Below are positions 23,601 through 38,500 of a stretch of DNA of 64,000 nt, in pieces. The notes under the pieces are model-generated. The model searched no databases and had not been told where the DNA came from. It saw nothing but the letters and a program-made list of their open reading frames with translations. The position numbers were made by a program, and so were the translations under genes. The number at the start of each line of letters is the position of its first letter. The stretch's first letter is position 1. The stretch is from Selaginella moellendorffii (taxonomy: Eukaryota; Plantae; Lycopodiophyta), in the NCBI RefSeq assembly GCF_000143415.4, contig NW_003314430.1, positions 1 through 64,000 on the forward strand, written 5' to 3'.

Positions 23601-26600
23601 CACCATTGGGTCTCTGGAGCCAATCCCCGAGCAAAAAAATTGCGAAACTTTTTCTTTCTCTGTGTTTGAATCTATTATCCCAAAGATTTCCAGCCCATAT
23701 GTTTCACCAGTCAGTTCTTTGTTTTACAGGCATTTGTGACAAATGGATTGTCTCACAAATTCATGACCCACTAATAATGAACTGTTGTGATTTTCTCCTT
23801 TTAAAAATTTCTCTACTCCATTGCTAATTAAATTTTAATATAATTATTCTTAATTATCACTAATATAAATCATGTTATTCTTAGGCTTTCCTGTACTCCT
23901 CTTTCTCAACAATTATAATTGAACTTTTGCCTCTACATTTCAGTATCTTGCTCATATGCAACTTCTACATAAAGAATTAGAGTAAGGAACCATACAATAT
24001 TTCTGGCCACTAAAGCTTAGTCTAAAGCTTCAACCATAAAGGCACTGCTTGTTAAATATTGGACATGGTTATATTAAACTCAATCATTAAATTTCATTAA
24101 ATAATATTATAAATACAGGATAATATAGCACATTCCTTTATATTAAAGATTTATTACTTATTATTTATTTATAATGAAATTTTTAATTTAATTTAATTAT
24201 AATTTTATATAGTTATTAAAATATTTCTAGTAAATTTTTTATTTTATTGAAAAATTTAAATAAGTTTTTTAAAATAAAATAAAGCATTATTTCCCAAAAA
24301 CAATTAGTACTACATAGTGTAGCAAATTATCCTACAAGAATCTAAATTGTCACCTAAGGGACTACTAAATATGCCCTTAATGCCTCCAGAACAACTAAGC
24401 ATTTGGGTCTATACTACACAAATTCTAAGGATATAACTCAAGAGTTATTGTGTAGTGTATTGGGATGGGGAGGCATAAAAAATACCATCCTTTAGAGGTC
24501 TTTGATGTATGCTATAAGGTTAAAGAGGCTAGAGTAATAGTAATTAATAACTCTTTATATAATCTCTTAGAGCTTTTTAAAGGAGTTTTTAGCTTCAAAC
24601 CAATTATGCAACTATACAATTTTTGAACTGTACTCAAAATGAGGTATTGCTAGCTAATAGTCTTCTAAAAGATAAGGAGAGTAAAGACATTGATAAAAGT
24701 GACAGAGGGTGTAATAAGGATAAGAAAATAATAGTAGGTGCTTGTTAGTTTTTTTTGGAGCTAGATCTAAATAAGATTTTAACTCCATCCCAATGTAATA
24801 TTGTTGCAATTGGTACCCATGTCCAAGATATGCCTATCATAGCCAATGGCAGTGAGATTGGAGCTGAAAAAAAGCTTGATGAATAGATGTTGTTGTCCTG
24901 CTCAAGCTCACAAAGCTCATGAATGGAGAAATCTTTATGCATGAAATTTCCAATCCAATTCCTATATCTCTATCTAAATTTGAACCTCAACTAACCTGTG
25001 GTTGCCCCATTTGAAACTTCAATAATCTCTTACCTGTTAATTTTGCACACCACTTTATTATGAAAAATCTTGTAGAGCATGGTTATGGCACTGAAGAGAA
25101 TGCCTATTTCCAAGCTCTAATATGGTTTTCTAGAACCCTTTTCACCAGAACAAGAATCTGTATGCTAGGCTATTGCTCTAGTGGTATGGCTATTTATCAC
25201 CCTAGTCCCATTTGAGCATATCATGGATGGGGACTTTCAAGCACAACATGACAGTTTGTGTGCTTTATGACTCAAAAAGATAAACTTTAAACATACAGCT
25301 CTCCAAGTACATTAGGAAGCTTAATAATATGTAGCTAGATGGTCTTCTAAAATATATATAAGTTTTAGGGTTCATTTAAAAGGGTTTATAAGGTGGACTT
25401 TCATAAAGAAAACATGGCTTTTAGTTGATTAAAGAGGATTTTCTACACATATTAAATGATTCTAGTATACAGTCTAAATATAAAGGGAAAGAGTCTATAA
25501 ATAAAATGCACCCCTTTTTCAATTGGTTAAGAGTATTTGGTTTTGAATAATATTGGGTTGGGTTACCTCTTGGGGTTGGGGTTTTATTGCTTGTAACTTT
25601 AAGCTCTATTATACTTCAATACAGGTAGAGTAAGGTGATTGTAACTTTGGGCTCTCTTATACTTCAATATAGGTAGAGTAATGTGATTGAGCCTAACTTT
25701 AGGCTCTCCTATACTTCAATACAAGTAGAGTAAAGTGATTAAGCATATATTCAATAAGCATTATTATATTGAACTCTTATACAAAAAATAGAGAGTGTAG
25801 AATATTGAAATCTTATTGCTTTTTATAAGTTTTATTTAACTGCTAAATCTTTTAACAATCTTTTTCCATAGACCTTATTGAGATTTTCTATCTTTGAAAG
25901 AATCAATATCTATTTGTATTATTTATAGTTCTTACTAAGAAGATAAAACAAATTGCACTCAAGATCTAAAAAGCAAGTAGAGTTTATAGGCTTATAAGTC
26001 TAATTCTTCTCTTCCCCCTTTTTAATTTTTAGATCGATTTTTGCTCTTGAATTTCCCCTAGAATATATGTTAAATTCATAACAACATGTGGATTACCAAG
26101 TTTGACTTGGATATTTTACATCAAAGTTGGTTATCCTTCAGATTGAACAATTATTTAAAGGTCTTTAGGGTATTTGGAGATTGGCTGAGGATTAGATAAA
26201 TGGAAAATTTATCAATTAACTATGTATAATAACTTGGTGCTTTTATACTATTTATGCTGTATAGTTTTTGATTTAACTTTTAAAAATCTTAGTTTAAAGA
26301 TGAAATTTAATGGTTGAATGTATTTGAGAAATTTCATGCACAACCACCTAGTGAGCAAGAAAGATTTAACAAATCAAGCATAGAAATGGATGAAATTAGG
26401 GAAGTTCAACCACATTTGAATGATTATGAAAGATTTTTTGTTAAAAAACTCTAATGAATATTAAGGAAAAAAGTTTCAAAGTAAATACTAAATATTATGT
26501 GTTTTTTCTTTTTTTTTTGTTACTTTTAATATACAAACTTCATGCAAAGGTTTTGCTCTAGAGTTTATTGGGGTTTTCAATTTAACCATGTTTTCCCCAT

Positions 26601-29600
26601 AGTGTAAATTAGATGAAGCGATCTAGACACCAAGCAATTTATGCATGAGGTGCAAAGTGATTGGCTAATAAGAAAAGGTAAAAAATGCTTCTTCATTTTA
26701 CTTTTATTGTTTCTTCTACTATTTCATTCACATGAATGGTTTTAAGTCATGCTTGATTTAAGGAGCTATATAGGTTAGAATTAAGTGATTATATCTATAG
26801 GCTATGTGCCATTGGCATTCCAGTAAGTTTTTTTGAGAAGATTGTAAGTCAAGGATATAATAGTGAGGATTTGTTTAAGCTTGAGCTTAGGAAGGTTTTA
26901 AAGCTTGACACATAGAATAGAGATGCAATGAATATGTGTAGAGTGGTGAAGAATTTTGTACTAGGTAAAAACTATATAGTTTTTACTCATTTCTAGATTA
27001 ATAGTACAAAGAGTGACTCTTGAAAAGTCTCTCTCTTATAAAAGATAGGTGTTTATTAGTGCCACTAACCATGGTACTCCTAGTCAAGCATCACTCAAGT
27101 GTCATACAAAACTAAGCAAAAAGGTATAACAAAATTTTAGTACATCTAACTATAAACCCAGCTCATTGAAGCTATATATAGTTAAACATTGAGTGACCAT
27201 TTCTACCATATATATAAGCAAAAGATCATAGACAAACTCATTAGTCTTTAGTAACATTTAAAGAAAGTGAGGCAAATGGTATAAAAAGTACATTGAGCAC
27301 TTTTTTGATGAAGTTATAGTGCAATTTCACACATTTTAGGATTTGAGAATCAAAAAATAAAATATTATGTTTTTTAAAATAATTAACTCAAAAACTGTTA
27401 TAAAGTTTTGTTTTAATTGTGTCATTTGCACTAGAAAAAGTTCTTGTGCAATATGAAGCAACATATAGAATATCCTTATAGAATTTTAAAAAATTTCTAT
27501 AATATATTTATTGAATTAAAGTTGTTTGATGGTTTGTATGTGCAATTCTGTAACAAAGTGACTGCATTCAAGTTTCAGATTTTATAATTTTATTCATTAC
27601 TAAAAATCAAGGCATAAACATTTTAAGCCCCAACTTATAATTGAATGTCATAAGTCAACAATTCTCCCAACTTAGGGAATGCCTTTAAATTCAAGCATTT
27701 TTAGAAAGTTTGAACTTTCAACTTTCAAAGGAGATGGCCCTTTTGATAAAAATCAAAATTGACTACTACTTATTCACTGCCAAAGGAGTCTAGGCCAACC
27801 AATTTGGAAATGAAAAAATAATTAATGGAAAAGTTTTTATTTAGGATTGTGGAAATTTATGTTAAGAATGAAAAAAAAGAAAATTTATTGCTAGTAAGAA
27901 TGCTAGAATGGTTTGTTTGATCTTTCTACTAAGTTATAAAACCTAAAATATTATATTGAAAACATGTGGTTTTATATAGTAAATTGGTTTTTTATGTTGA
28001 ATTTTTATAAACTCATTTTAATGTGTTTTATGGATTTTATCTTCTAGTGTTTCTTTTAAAGGGCCCTTGTATGAAAGAATGCTCATCCACACCTAAAGTC
28101 TCATTCATATCTTTTTCAATGAGATTAAAATCGGTCCAAAATCTTTATGCATAAGTCTAGGCTGACTAAATTGCTTTACAACTCCAATGTAAATGTCATA
28201 GACTGTATCACCTCATATGTTCATACAAAGCTCTACAACCACAATGTAATGGGATGATGGTATATTATAATCAATAACTTGTTAAAACCACTGGGCATGC
28301 CACACTAGATCAATGATTTGCAATGCTAAACAAACATTATGATCCCAAACCTTTATCCCAACCCACCTCAAAATGCCATATGCATCCATCATTCCCTAGT
28401 TGCTTCTTACATATTCCAAAGGCAATTAGCTCCCACAACTTTGCTGTTATGTCTAGTGGTTGCTTCATAAAAAACACCCCATGCCAACCAACCCCCCTCA
28501 AAATATTGTGAAGTTTTGATGCTCTGGTCACAAAGTACAGATTGTCACACGAACCAAAGTAACTTCTTCCATTGTCAATCCATTTTTCATGGCAAAGAAA
28601 GGAACATCTTGCTATCTCCACTTGCTTCACTATCATCACTAGACTCATTGTCCCAAGTGGAAAGTGCTCTCTTCCCTTTAGATGTACTTTTACTGTTGTT
28701 GCTATTTTCTGCTGCTATGGTCTTCTACCACCACCACTGCTGCTGCTGCTAATCTTTTAATACTGCTACAGCTACATGTCAATGCTGCCCAGCCATAAGG
28801 ACTGCTGCCCCTGCTCCATTTGCTCCAAGTCCCACTGCCCACTGTTGGCACTGCCATGGATGGCATTGTTTTGTGTGAAGTGAGCAAGTTGCAATGTGAG
28901 CAGCTAAACCCTAAGATGAACCCTGGCTTGTCGCTGTCTACTATGGCATAGTGCTCAGATGCTGAGTTGTCCTAAGTGGTTAGGTATGAAGGGCAACATG
29001 AAAAAGAGAGTATATATGCTATATATGTTATCATATTGTCATGGTTGGTAGTGATATTTTTAATGTATTTTTGGTTTGCATAAGCAATACCTAGAATATA
29101 CTTAGATATTAAATAGTAGAATATCCCATAATATTCATCTAGAATAATCCCTAAACAGTTAATACTCTAGTTTATAAATTCTCTTAAGAAAATTGGTGAT
29201 TATTATTTACACATTCGGGTCTTGCAGAAGTTTTATTCTACAGCCATGCTAAGGAATCTACATTAATTCTTGCAAAACAAGTTGGGGATTGCGTTGGCTG
29301 CCACCACATTTTTAGCACTGTCTTGGTAAGGTGGCTTTGATACTTTCCAACTTGACTGTGGGTTTTTGTGTGGATAAGCTCCCTACTTCAAAGATGGATT
29401 TTCTAGGTCAAATGTCCAGAAAACCCTTGAGAATGCTGGCCAAGTTTCATCAGAACAGTTATCCTTTGGCAGAGACAAACAAGACAACATCCTATCAAGG
29501 TTCCATTCTAATTTTCAAGCATCTGAGAAAGTTTTTTAGTTTTTGTTAGCTGCAAGCTGCAAAATTTTAACTTGGAAGTAAGGACTATGTTTTCAAGAAC

Positions 29601-30769
29601 AAAAGCTAAGTTTTTTTTCTTTGTTTGATGATGTATGGCCTCTTGGCTCATTTTCCCCTGGTGGCTGAGTGTTCTTTTGCTCAGGCAATGGTCAACTGAG
29701 ATCTTTGAGCTCGCCTCCAATGGAACTTTGGACATGGGAGATAATAGTTCTATTCTCTGTTCCCTGTGCTCTTTGATCTGGGGCTAAGTTCTCTATACTT
29801 TTTTTTGTCAGACTTGGGAGACTGTCACTATGGAGCCAAAAAGCACAGACTTTTTTGCAACTTAGATGCTTTAGGCATGAATAGAGCGAGTATGAAGGCT
29901 AGATAACTGTGGTTATCCATGCAATGGAAGCTTCCCCATAAGATCACAGATGAAGTAATACTTTTGGAGCTCTGAAGTACTTGCTTAGTTTTTCTTTGTT
30001 CAGGTGGACTCACATATATAGGTGTTTGGAATTTATCACGGGCTTGCAGTCATGTGGAAGAACATGCACAAGTGTCATTTACAGCCACAACTTATTACTG
30101 GCATTAGTAAGTACATAATATTCTTGAATGGTACCTTCTTTTACAGGTGAACTATGGAATTCATGACAGTTGACCATTGGGATAAGGTGCTGGGTTTCAA
30201 AGCCCATAAACTCTGAATAACATATGATATTTCCATGGGGTTCCTTGAAGGTAGTGAAGAAAGCTGTAAAATTCAGGTTTGTCAGCCTCGAAATGTTGGT
30301 ATAGGGAGACTATATTAATATGAAAAGAACGCAGAGTGGTGGTCAAAGGGTACTCTCAAATCTTCCCGCGCTAAGAACACAGGATAAGCAAAGCTGGGCT
30401 TTGAAAATTATGATGCCTTTGCATCTTGGAGTGGATACCTCTCATGGAAGATATAAAAGATGGCAGTGGAATGTAGAGTTTGACTTGAGGCTTGGAAGTA
30501 TAGTCTTAAGAAGACTGAACTATATCTATAGGCTCTTGACATGATCTTCGCATGGACCATAAGTAGCACAAAGCAGAGTAAAAAGAAATAACGAAAACGA
30601 ACTTTTACCTCGCGCAAACTGGCTTTGATCAGTGTAGGAGCTATGACCACACTTGGAGAATCATGTTGGCACAAACTAACAAAGATATGAAAGCCATGCC
30701 TCTCGCTTAGGACCTTTGCTGGACTACAATAGCTCCTAAACGAAATCGTTGTGTCTGCCTGAGAATACC

Positions 30770-32520
30770 TTACACATCGACGATCCAGAACTTCTTAGAG
30801 CATATAAGAAGCTGCTCATCTTTTTCAAGAATGCGATGGACTCGGGCCAACGCACTACACCGCACGTGAGGAATCTTGAAAGATTGCAAGAGCCTGTGTC
30901 GTAGTAGCTAGAATCAACTCTGAGAAGTCAAATGAGAAAATTTACATTTGGTCTCAGCAGCCGATCCATTTCCAGCATTATATCTTCGATCTGGCACCCT
31001 TTTCTCCCTGGGTAGAGGGACATCATGCGATATGCATGCAACAAGTCGTAGCTCCTCAGGTAGCTCGAAAAGCTTTCGCACCTGTGGATGCAAAAAATGA
31101 GAAGAAAGCCAAGTGAATATGAGCAAGCCTATGTACCAGCTATGCATGGTGCCTACGAGCGAGGCCTCGACCATACACAACGTTGAGAGTGTTGCTAGAG
31201 TCCGATGGAACCACGTTCATGATCCACACGGGCTTGTTTTGTAGTAACAAGGCAGCAGCAAAGCCTCCGTAGCCAGCATTCATATCCATAACGTTCCGAA
31301 TGGAATTTTCGGATACATTAAGCAGCTTCCAATAGTCTCCAACTTTGCCTTCCCAGAGAGATGTGTCTTCTTTGAAAGAAGATGAGCTGATACCTGTGCA
31401 AAAGAAATCCCGTTACCACATACTGGAGTACATAGCAAAGTTACCGAGCTGGTTTGAGTAAGTTGTAAGCCGCTCCAGCCATGAAGGAAGATCGACGAAA
31501 TTGGCAATCATTGTCCTCAGACAAGGCAATGCAGTCGTCCAGTGGCTTGTTCCACGAGTTGTCTAGAAACTCCTTGCTTTGGTTAGCGCACAGCTTGGAC
31601 TTGGCGAGCTGACAGGACCTGGCGGTCTTTCTCCAAACCACAGTCTGGACGTGCCGTGTGATCGCCTTCCAGCAAAGAGATTCTGTAATGTTGGTCAGGA
31701 TGTTCCAAACTTCAGGGAAATCCTTGTCTTTGCGATAAGATGGAGGTGCAGAATAGATGAGGTCTTAAAATCCGGTCCATTTCCCTGAGCAAAATACCCC
31801 CTGCAGATTCACAAGAAAGGAAATTTTTATATCATGTACGAGATTCCAACTAATGCTTACCATCTTCGTGCCAATCGACGTGACAGCGGGAACAAAGAAC
31901 AGCATCGAAGGATCTGGAAGGATACGGCAAGCACTTGGTTCCAAGCGCTGCAACAAGAGCCGGTACTCCTCGTTCCAGAGCGAACTGGATCTGATTCTCG
32001 TGAGAGTCAAGCGGCACAAACGACATGGTCTGGATGTCGAGGTTGAAGAGATAAGCTGCAAAGCTTGCAACTCTTCAGCCAATGTCCAAACCTCGAGCCA
32101 CTCCAGCAGTCTGTAAATCTCCCTTCCAATCCGTGGTCATGTTTCCTAGCCTGTCTACACGAAGTTGATGGATCAATGGATCAAAAGAGAGAAGAAAAGT
32201 GTTACCTCTGGATGTACTCGGGAGCTCCATGCTTGAAATGTGTCCCTCCTCCCGGGAACCACATGGAGCCTTTAACATGGACCCAGTTCTGGCCACCTTT
32301 CACTTTGGCTAGCTGGATGTGGTTTACGTTGCTCCTCCACATATGGGGCCACCCGATGGGAAGCTTGTTGGACTTTGATGAAGGAATAAGGCAGAAAGGA
32401 TGCTGGTTTGGTGGGGGTATTGTTGCTCCAACTGCTCCCTTCTCAAGAAATTGAGCTTGTTGGAGATGGAAGCAATGTAGTTTGCATGGTGGCATGGGAT
32501 GTAGAGGTTGACTCCATCAG
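30770..32520 (-). pseudogene. PMT6/PMT7-like SAM-dependent (putative pectin) methyltransferase pseudogene, 5'-truncated
   Basis: Exons translate to [86 protein letters not shown] and C-terminal ICSKKFWIVDV*. There is a stop in the SAM-binding motif, further lesions, and retained introns. Confidence 0.88.
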
Positions 32521-32559
32521 AATGTTGAAATAGCATTTGGCTCCATTTTGAGAGTTGGT

Positions 32560-35500
32560 TCTAGTGTTGGGATGATGGATGCTTTAGGACTGATTTAATG
32601 TTGCTCCATACTCTTGCTCCTCTGCTTCTTGGGTTGTATGTTCGGGAGTCATTATGTGCTTCAATTCCTTCATTCCTTAGCTAAGACCCTTTGTTCAGTA
32701 AGACCAATTTTTGCTCCATTAGTTTTAGCCCATGTGTTCAAGGGATAAGGTGGTAAAGCACCAAAGGATAAAGGGTAAAAACTATATGCACCTACATATC
32801 CCTTGAGCTTTCTGATATACTTGGATAGTTGTATGTTTGAAGTTTGGCTTTTTGGGTTGTAAAACATATAAATTGCCATATTGTACTTTAAAGTGCATAT
32901 ATATAATTTTCCGTTGTCCTTGGGCACGTGGCGTAACATGTGACACATGGCATATGGAAGGTTTAGGTTCTGCTTCATGGTTATCCTATAGGATAAAGGG
33001 TGAAAACCACATGTATTACATTTGGTATTAAAGGATATGTCTCAGCAGGTACTATCAAATAAGATTAAGCAACTAGCTTTACGCAAAGATGAAAATGATG
33101 ATTCAAGTGGGTACACGTTAAGTGCTATAACTTTATATTCATTCCTTGGGTATGGATTTTTGTTACCTTTGTGCCATATTATGTGAGCTTGTGCTTGGGC
33201 TCATAGGAGGTGTACCATTTTACACGAGTTTGCACTTAGGCTCATGAGTGAAGCATATTAGCAACTCAAGGTTACACTTTGAGTTGGTAGGATTAATGTT
33301 GCCTATTGGTGGTTACCATAAGTTACTATAAGTAAAAGTAAACCTTCCCTAGATTTGCTATAAGTGGCAAATATGCTAGTCTTTATTTGTTTAGTACTGC
33401 ACTAGTGGATCCTTCTTGGGCATAATTAAAAATGGATTAATCAAGACTGTAAACATTAGTCTATTGGTTTAAGTAATCATTGTTGTACTTTCTCATAAAC
33501 TTTTTTTAGATTGGACTGAAGGCAGTGTGAACACAAGCTTGAGGTTTAGTCAAAGATGAAACTGAAAAAAAAGTTATTAAGGATGAAAGATCAAATATGT
33601 AATCATCTTCTCTGTTTTTGAGAGATGATTTGCAACGAAATGTTATTCATTGCTCATGTTCACATCATGCAATCAAAAATCCTTACTTTGATGCATATTA
33701 GAAATAATAGTCTTACAAATAGTGAATTTTGAGATGGATAGCGGTGTAATACGAAACCATTTTTGTCTAGGCTTGCTATTAAAGATTTGGGTTATAATGC
33801 TTATATCTTTTCTGGGGAAACTTGTTATTACTCCTTGAGTAACTTAGTGTTGGATTAGTTTTGAGTTTGATAGGAAAAAGAGTAGTATGAGCTTATCTAT
33901 GTTGTGAACAAAAGTTGGTGGTGTTTGGTGTTATAAATTTTTATAAAGGTTGTCCATTGAAGTGTTGGAAAGGGTTATAACATTCAATTGCTATAACTTG
34001 TTGGTTTATTTGTTAACACTTGGAGTAGATTGTTGGATGGAAAAAGTGTGTAGTTGAAGCATTGACATTGCTATCACTTGTGTTAATAGAAGTGGTATTA
34101 TTGTTTCAAATGATGAAGAATTTTCCTTAGGTCTTGATTTTTCATGTCATTTTTTTTGTTAGTGTTTTGGCTTTATATTGGATCTTGAAGGTGATTGAAG
34201 AAGAGTGTTAATGCAATACAAATATCTAATGATATAGTCTTTATGATTAGGTCTTGGGTATTTTTTTACATTTTACAGATGTCGATGTTGAATGTTGAAA
34301 ATATATTTAAGATGTTTGATGCTTAGACATATTATTGGGTCATGAGAATTTGTGTTGAGGTAAACTTATGTGAAGTTATTAATAGGAAGAAGTTGGTTTA
34401 TTTGTATTCTTAGACTAAAAGTCATTCTATCTCTAGAATAGAAAAATTTTCCATAAATTTTCTTAAATTTTTTTAATGACTAATTTGTTGATCATTTTGC
34501 TTGAAAACCATTTCATTTTTGTAAGCCAGTACAAACTAATGGAAGGATTAGAATTGACTTTAGTTAGCTTAAACCTTAGTATATAATTTGCATGATGCAA
34601 GTTGAAAAGGATGTTAACTTTTGGGGCTAAATAAATTAAGTTAGATATAATCTAGAGTTGGTGTAAAAAAGTGGCTATTGTGTTTTTCTAGAAAGGTGAC
34701 ATTTATGCTTTTCTTTTATAACGTTGTACTTGGTGGCAGGTTGTATCTTGCATTTCATTAGACTTTATGAGAGTAGTGAGCTCTCATTGATCTTGACTTG
34801 GTCTTAGTAACTTTGTGCTTTGGCTAAAGATATTGATATCTAACTTATTTGTTTGAAGTTGAGGTGTTAGTACCTAGACTATAACTTTGTTTATCAGGAG
34901 GTTGTGTACTAATAAGAGTCCATCTTATGATCTTTATTTTAGTTTCAACTGAGTGTTGATCATGTATAGTTAGCCTCTTCAAAGCATACTTGGAGTGTAA
35001 ACTCTTAAATTTGGACTTCTTGAGAGGTCACCTAACCTAATAATATTTAAACCCAAGTATCGTAAGACCATTAACCATTTGAGAAAGGGGGTGCATTTTT
35101 ATTCATGGGCCCTTTCCCTTTATAGTTACACTCTATTGATCGTCCTTCAAGTCGTTCTCTTTGGTTTTTTACAATCCACAATGTTTTTCTGCAAATTCAC
35201 GCCCTTATAAATGGAAGCTAAGAGCTACAGCTCTCTCAAGGACTTTACTCTTTTAACATCTTACCCCTTAGGTCGAGCTTAACTAGAGCAAACTGAACTT
35301 ACCAAATGTCAATTAACATGTTGTGTGATTCTTCTAAAACAACTAATAGAATCCGATCCGAGACCCTCTTTGATACCAAATGTAAACTCCTGAATTTAGA
35401 TTTCTTGGGAAGTCACCCAGTTTAATACTATTTAAACCCAAGGATGTTTAATCCCAAGTATCCCAAGACCTTGAACTGATTAGAAAAGGGGGTGCACTTT

Positions 35501-38500
35501 TATTCATGGGTCTTTTCCCTTTATATTTAAATCCCATAGATTATCTCTCAAGTCGTTCTCTTTGGTTGCTTACATAAAGTTATTGACTATACATGTTGGT
35601 AAATTAATTGTGGTTATGTTGGATTCAAGTAGTCATTTAATCTATATTTGTCCATGTTTTTATATCTAGTACCTAAAGTGTATCTTTCCATTAGATAAGT
35701 ATATGATATGATGACGTGAGTTTAGTGTTTGAGTCTTATAAAGGCAAGTTGAAAAGTGATTGTTAGTTGCTTTGTAACTAATGATTGTTGGTAGACTTCA
35801 TCAAGAACTGTTGACACTTGCTTCACTTGGTGATGATTTAGTAGTGATAGATTTGCTTTACCGGATTATATCATGGGTTTACATAGTTTTTCCATGTCAG
35901 TATGTCAATTTTTTTTCTTTTGTTGATATCATTTGATTGTGTTTAGTCTGTAGTGTTGAATGTGGAAATGGGGGGCTATAGGGGTTCCAAATGTATAGTA
36001 CGGATAGTGGGTAGGTTGGGCATAGCCGACCAATTTGAGGCATAGTCTAGCTCTTGCTTGTATGTTTGTCCTTGTTCTACATCCGACTTGTGTCTAAACC
36101 CAAGTTTCACACCATGCTAACTGGTGGAAAACCTATATCCTCGTGTTATGCCACCGGTATGCTAAAATAGCACCAAACTCCATTTGGCTCCATTTTGCGT
36201 GCTGGTCTTAGCATTGAGATGTTACATGCTCTAGGACTGTTATAATGTCACTTCGTGCTTCTATTCCTTCACTCTTTGGGTTGAATGCTCAAGAGTCACT
36301 CCATACTTTAGCTCTTTCACTCCTTGGCTGCAACCTTGGGAGTTTGGCTTTGTTCCTTATTCAGTGGCCCAAGGCCTTAAAACTTGGGTTCCACTCCACT
36401 ATCTTTAGGGACACATGGCATGTGGCACATAAAGGGTTTAAGTTTTGCTTCATGGTTATCCTATAGTAAATCACCATAAAATAAAGGGTGAAAACCACAT
36501 GCATTACAATCCAACTTTGGAAATAAACTAATAAGCATCTACTATTACCTTTTTATCCTCATTACACCTCCCTCACTTTTGTCAATGTCTCACTCTCTTT
36601 GTCTTTGAGAAGACTACTATTTAGTAAGGAGTGTGTTCAAGAATAAGCTAGATCTAAAGATGGTATCAAATAGATTAAGGTTATTGGGATAAGGAGGCAC
36701 AAAAGAATGTTATCCTCTAGAGGCTTTAAATTTGGGTTAATAAAGATGCTATATTACAAGGTAAAAAGGTTGGAGTAATAACAAGCAATAGCTCCTTATG
36801 CAATCTCTCGGAGCTTCTTATAAGAGTTTCTAGCTTTAAACCAATTATATAGCTATAGAACTTTTGAATTATACTTAAAATGAGGTCCAGAAAGGTACGC
36901 ACGATGGTACATAAATATGTATAGCGGGGCACACTAGTTATAGGGAGAATTATGGCAAAAATTATTTAGCAATCCACGAGTCTTGGGAAGTCTCAACATC
37001 ATTGATCCAAGTGACATGGCAAAAGTGCTATGTTACAAAATTCTCTTAACCAAGTAACCAGCCGTGGAGGTTTATGTTTAGGCAAAGTCTACTAGTGATC
37101 TAGCCCAAATATAACACTACAAGACAATAGATGGAGGATTTGCATTTGCTCTTTGCTGAAAGGCCAAAATAAGTGGTCAAGGGAGGCACGCTAGTTCAAG
37201 GGATTCTCAGGTTGTGAAGTAAATTTCCAATCAGTTGAGAGATGTTACGTTAGGTTGAGGACTATTTGAATTAGCCTCTATTCTTTAACAATTTTTTCAA
37301 AGTGGATAGCAAGACATTCTGTAGGGAAGAGCACTACATGCTATGGAAAAAGCTATATATTGGTGGCTTTTGAACTCTTAAGCAATTCGTGGGGGTGTTG
37401 AGGGATGTGAAGAAAACAAGGAGTATACAAATTTTCAACCCATAATAGTGGAGGAAGGTTCATTTGGATCTTCTTTGCAGCATCCGAGGCAAAAAAGAGG
37501 CAGCCTTGGCCAAAATGATATCTCAAACTTAAGGACTTTGTGACGTTGCAATATGACATAGAATTGGATAGGGAACAAATTAAATTCAGAGCTTGGATAT
37601 GGGCATTTATGGCCCCAACACTAACCTAAGGGGATGGCAATATGAAAGTATGGTTTGTTGTGTTTTTAGAACAAAATATTAGTTATCCCTGTTAGGTTGT
37701 GCAAGGCAATATGTTGCTACTGACAAATGACAAGGAGGTTATGCCACTAGTGATAGATAAGGAAGTCAAAGGGGGGAATTAAGTGGTGCGATAGGCCCTG
37801 AAACAACTGATAGTGACAGCTATGCTTGAGGGGGACAATATTTTCGCTTCTTCTTGTTTGAAGTCAATAAAGCACAAGAAGGTCTCTTGACAAGCAAGGA
37901 AGAGGTCTCTAGGGAGATCCATGAGCTATAGAAGAAGGGGATCAAACAAGGAGTCAAGGCAAATTAAGTGGTGGACAACATACTTGCATTTTGAAAACTA
38001 TTGGTGTAAGAGAAGGTCAAGACCACCTTTTAATTGGTGGCAAACAATGGGTTACCAATTGGACAGCAATTCTAGGAAGAAATATGCCAACAGTGCAAGG
38101 AGTATGGCAAATTAAAGATAGTGCAACTTGTTATGTGGGAATGCAATGTGGCAAAAGAGGTATGGTGATAAATTTTGAAGGCAGTGCATGAACTAAAGGA
38201 TGTTCCAGAGTTTAAAGCTAGAAAGGGGGATGTTCTCCACTGGCTCAAAAGAGCAAAAGGTCCAACCATTAGTTTAGCTTAGAGACATATTTGATGTTAA
38301 GGACAATATAGATGGGGTATGTAAGTTCAATGGGACAAGACTGGAGTTGAAGTCTTTATGTTGGTGTGGGAGGCAATGGGCCACGAGCACTGAGCTACTA
38401 GATAGTGATAGAAGTGCAAGCACTTTGGGAGGTGCATAATCACTACCATTTTGGCAAACAATAAGCAAGGATTTCTGTAGTGGTGACCTTGTGGTGGAGA

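Larger units (their letters stand above)
20216..26712 (+). repeat. Tandem direct duplication, units ~20216-23356 and ~23359-26712 (AT-rich repeat mosaic)
   Basis: Both units start TACCTGGTTATCTACCTGG and end CATTTTACTTTTATTGTTT. ORFs 21380-21577 and 24745-24942 are homologous. Confidence 0.88.

Noticed and set aside
27000-30500. Possible DNA-transposon or gene remnants (short ORFs 28323-28887, 29331-30013)
   Set aside because: No TIR/TSD pair or protein motif could be identified with confidence.
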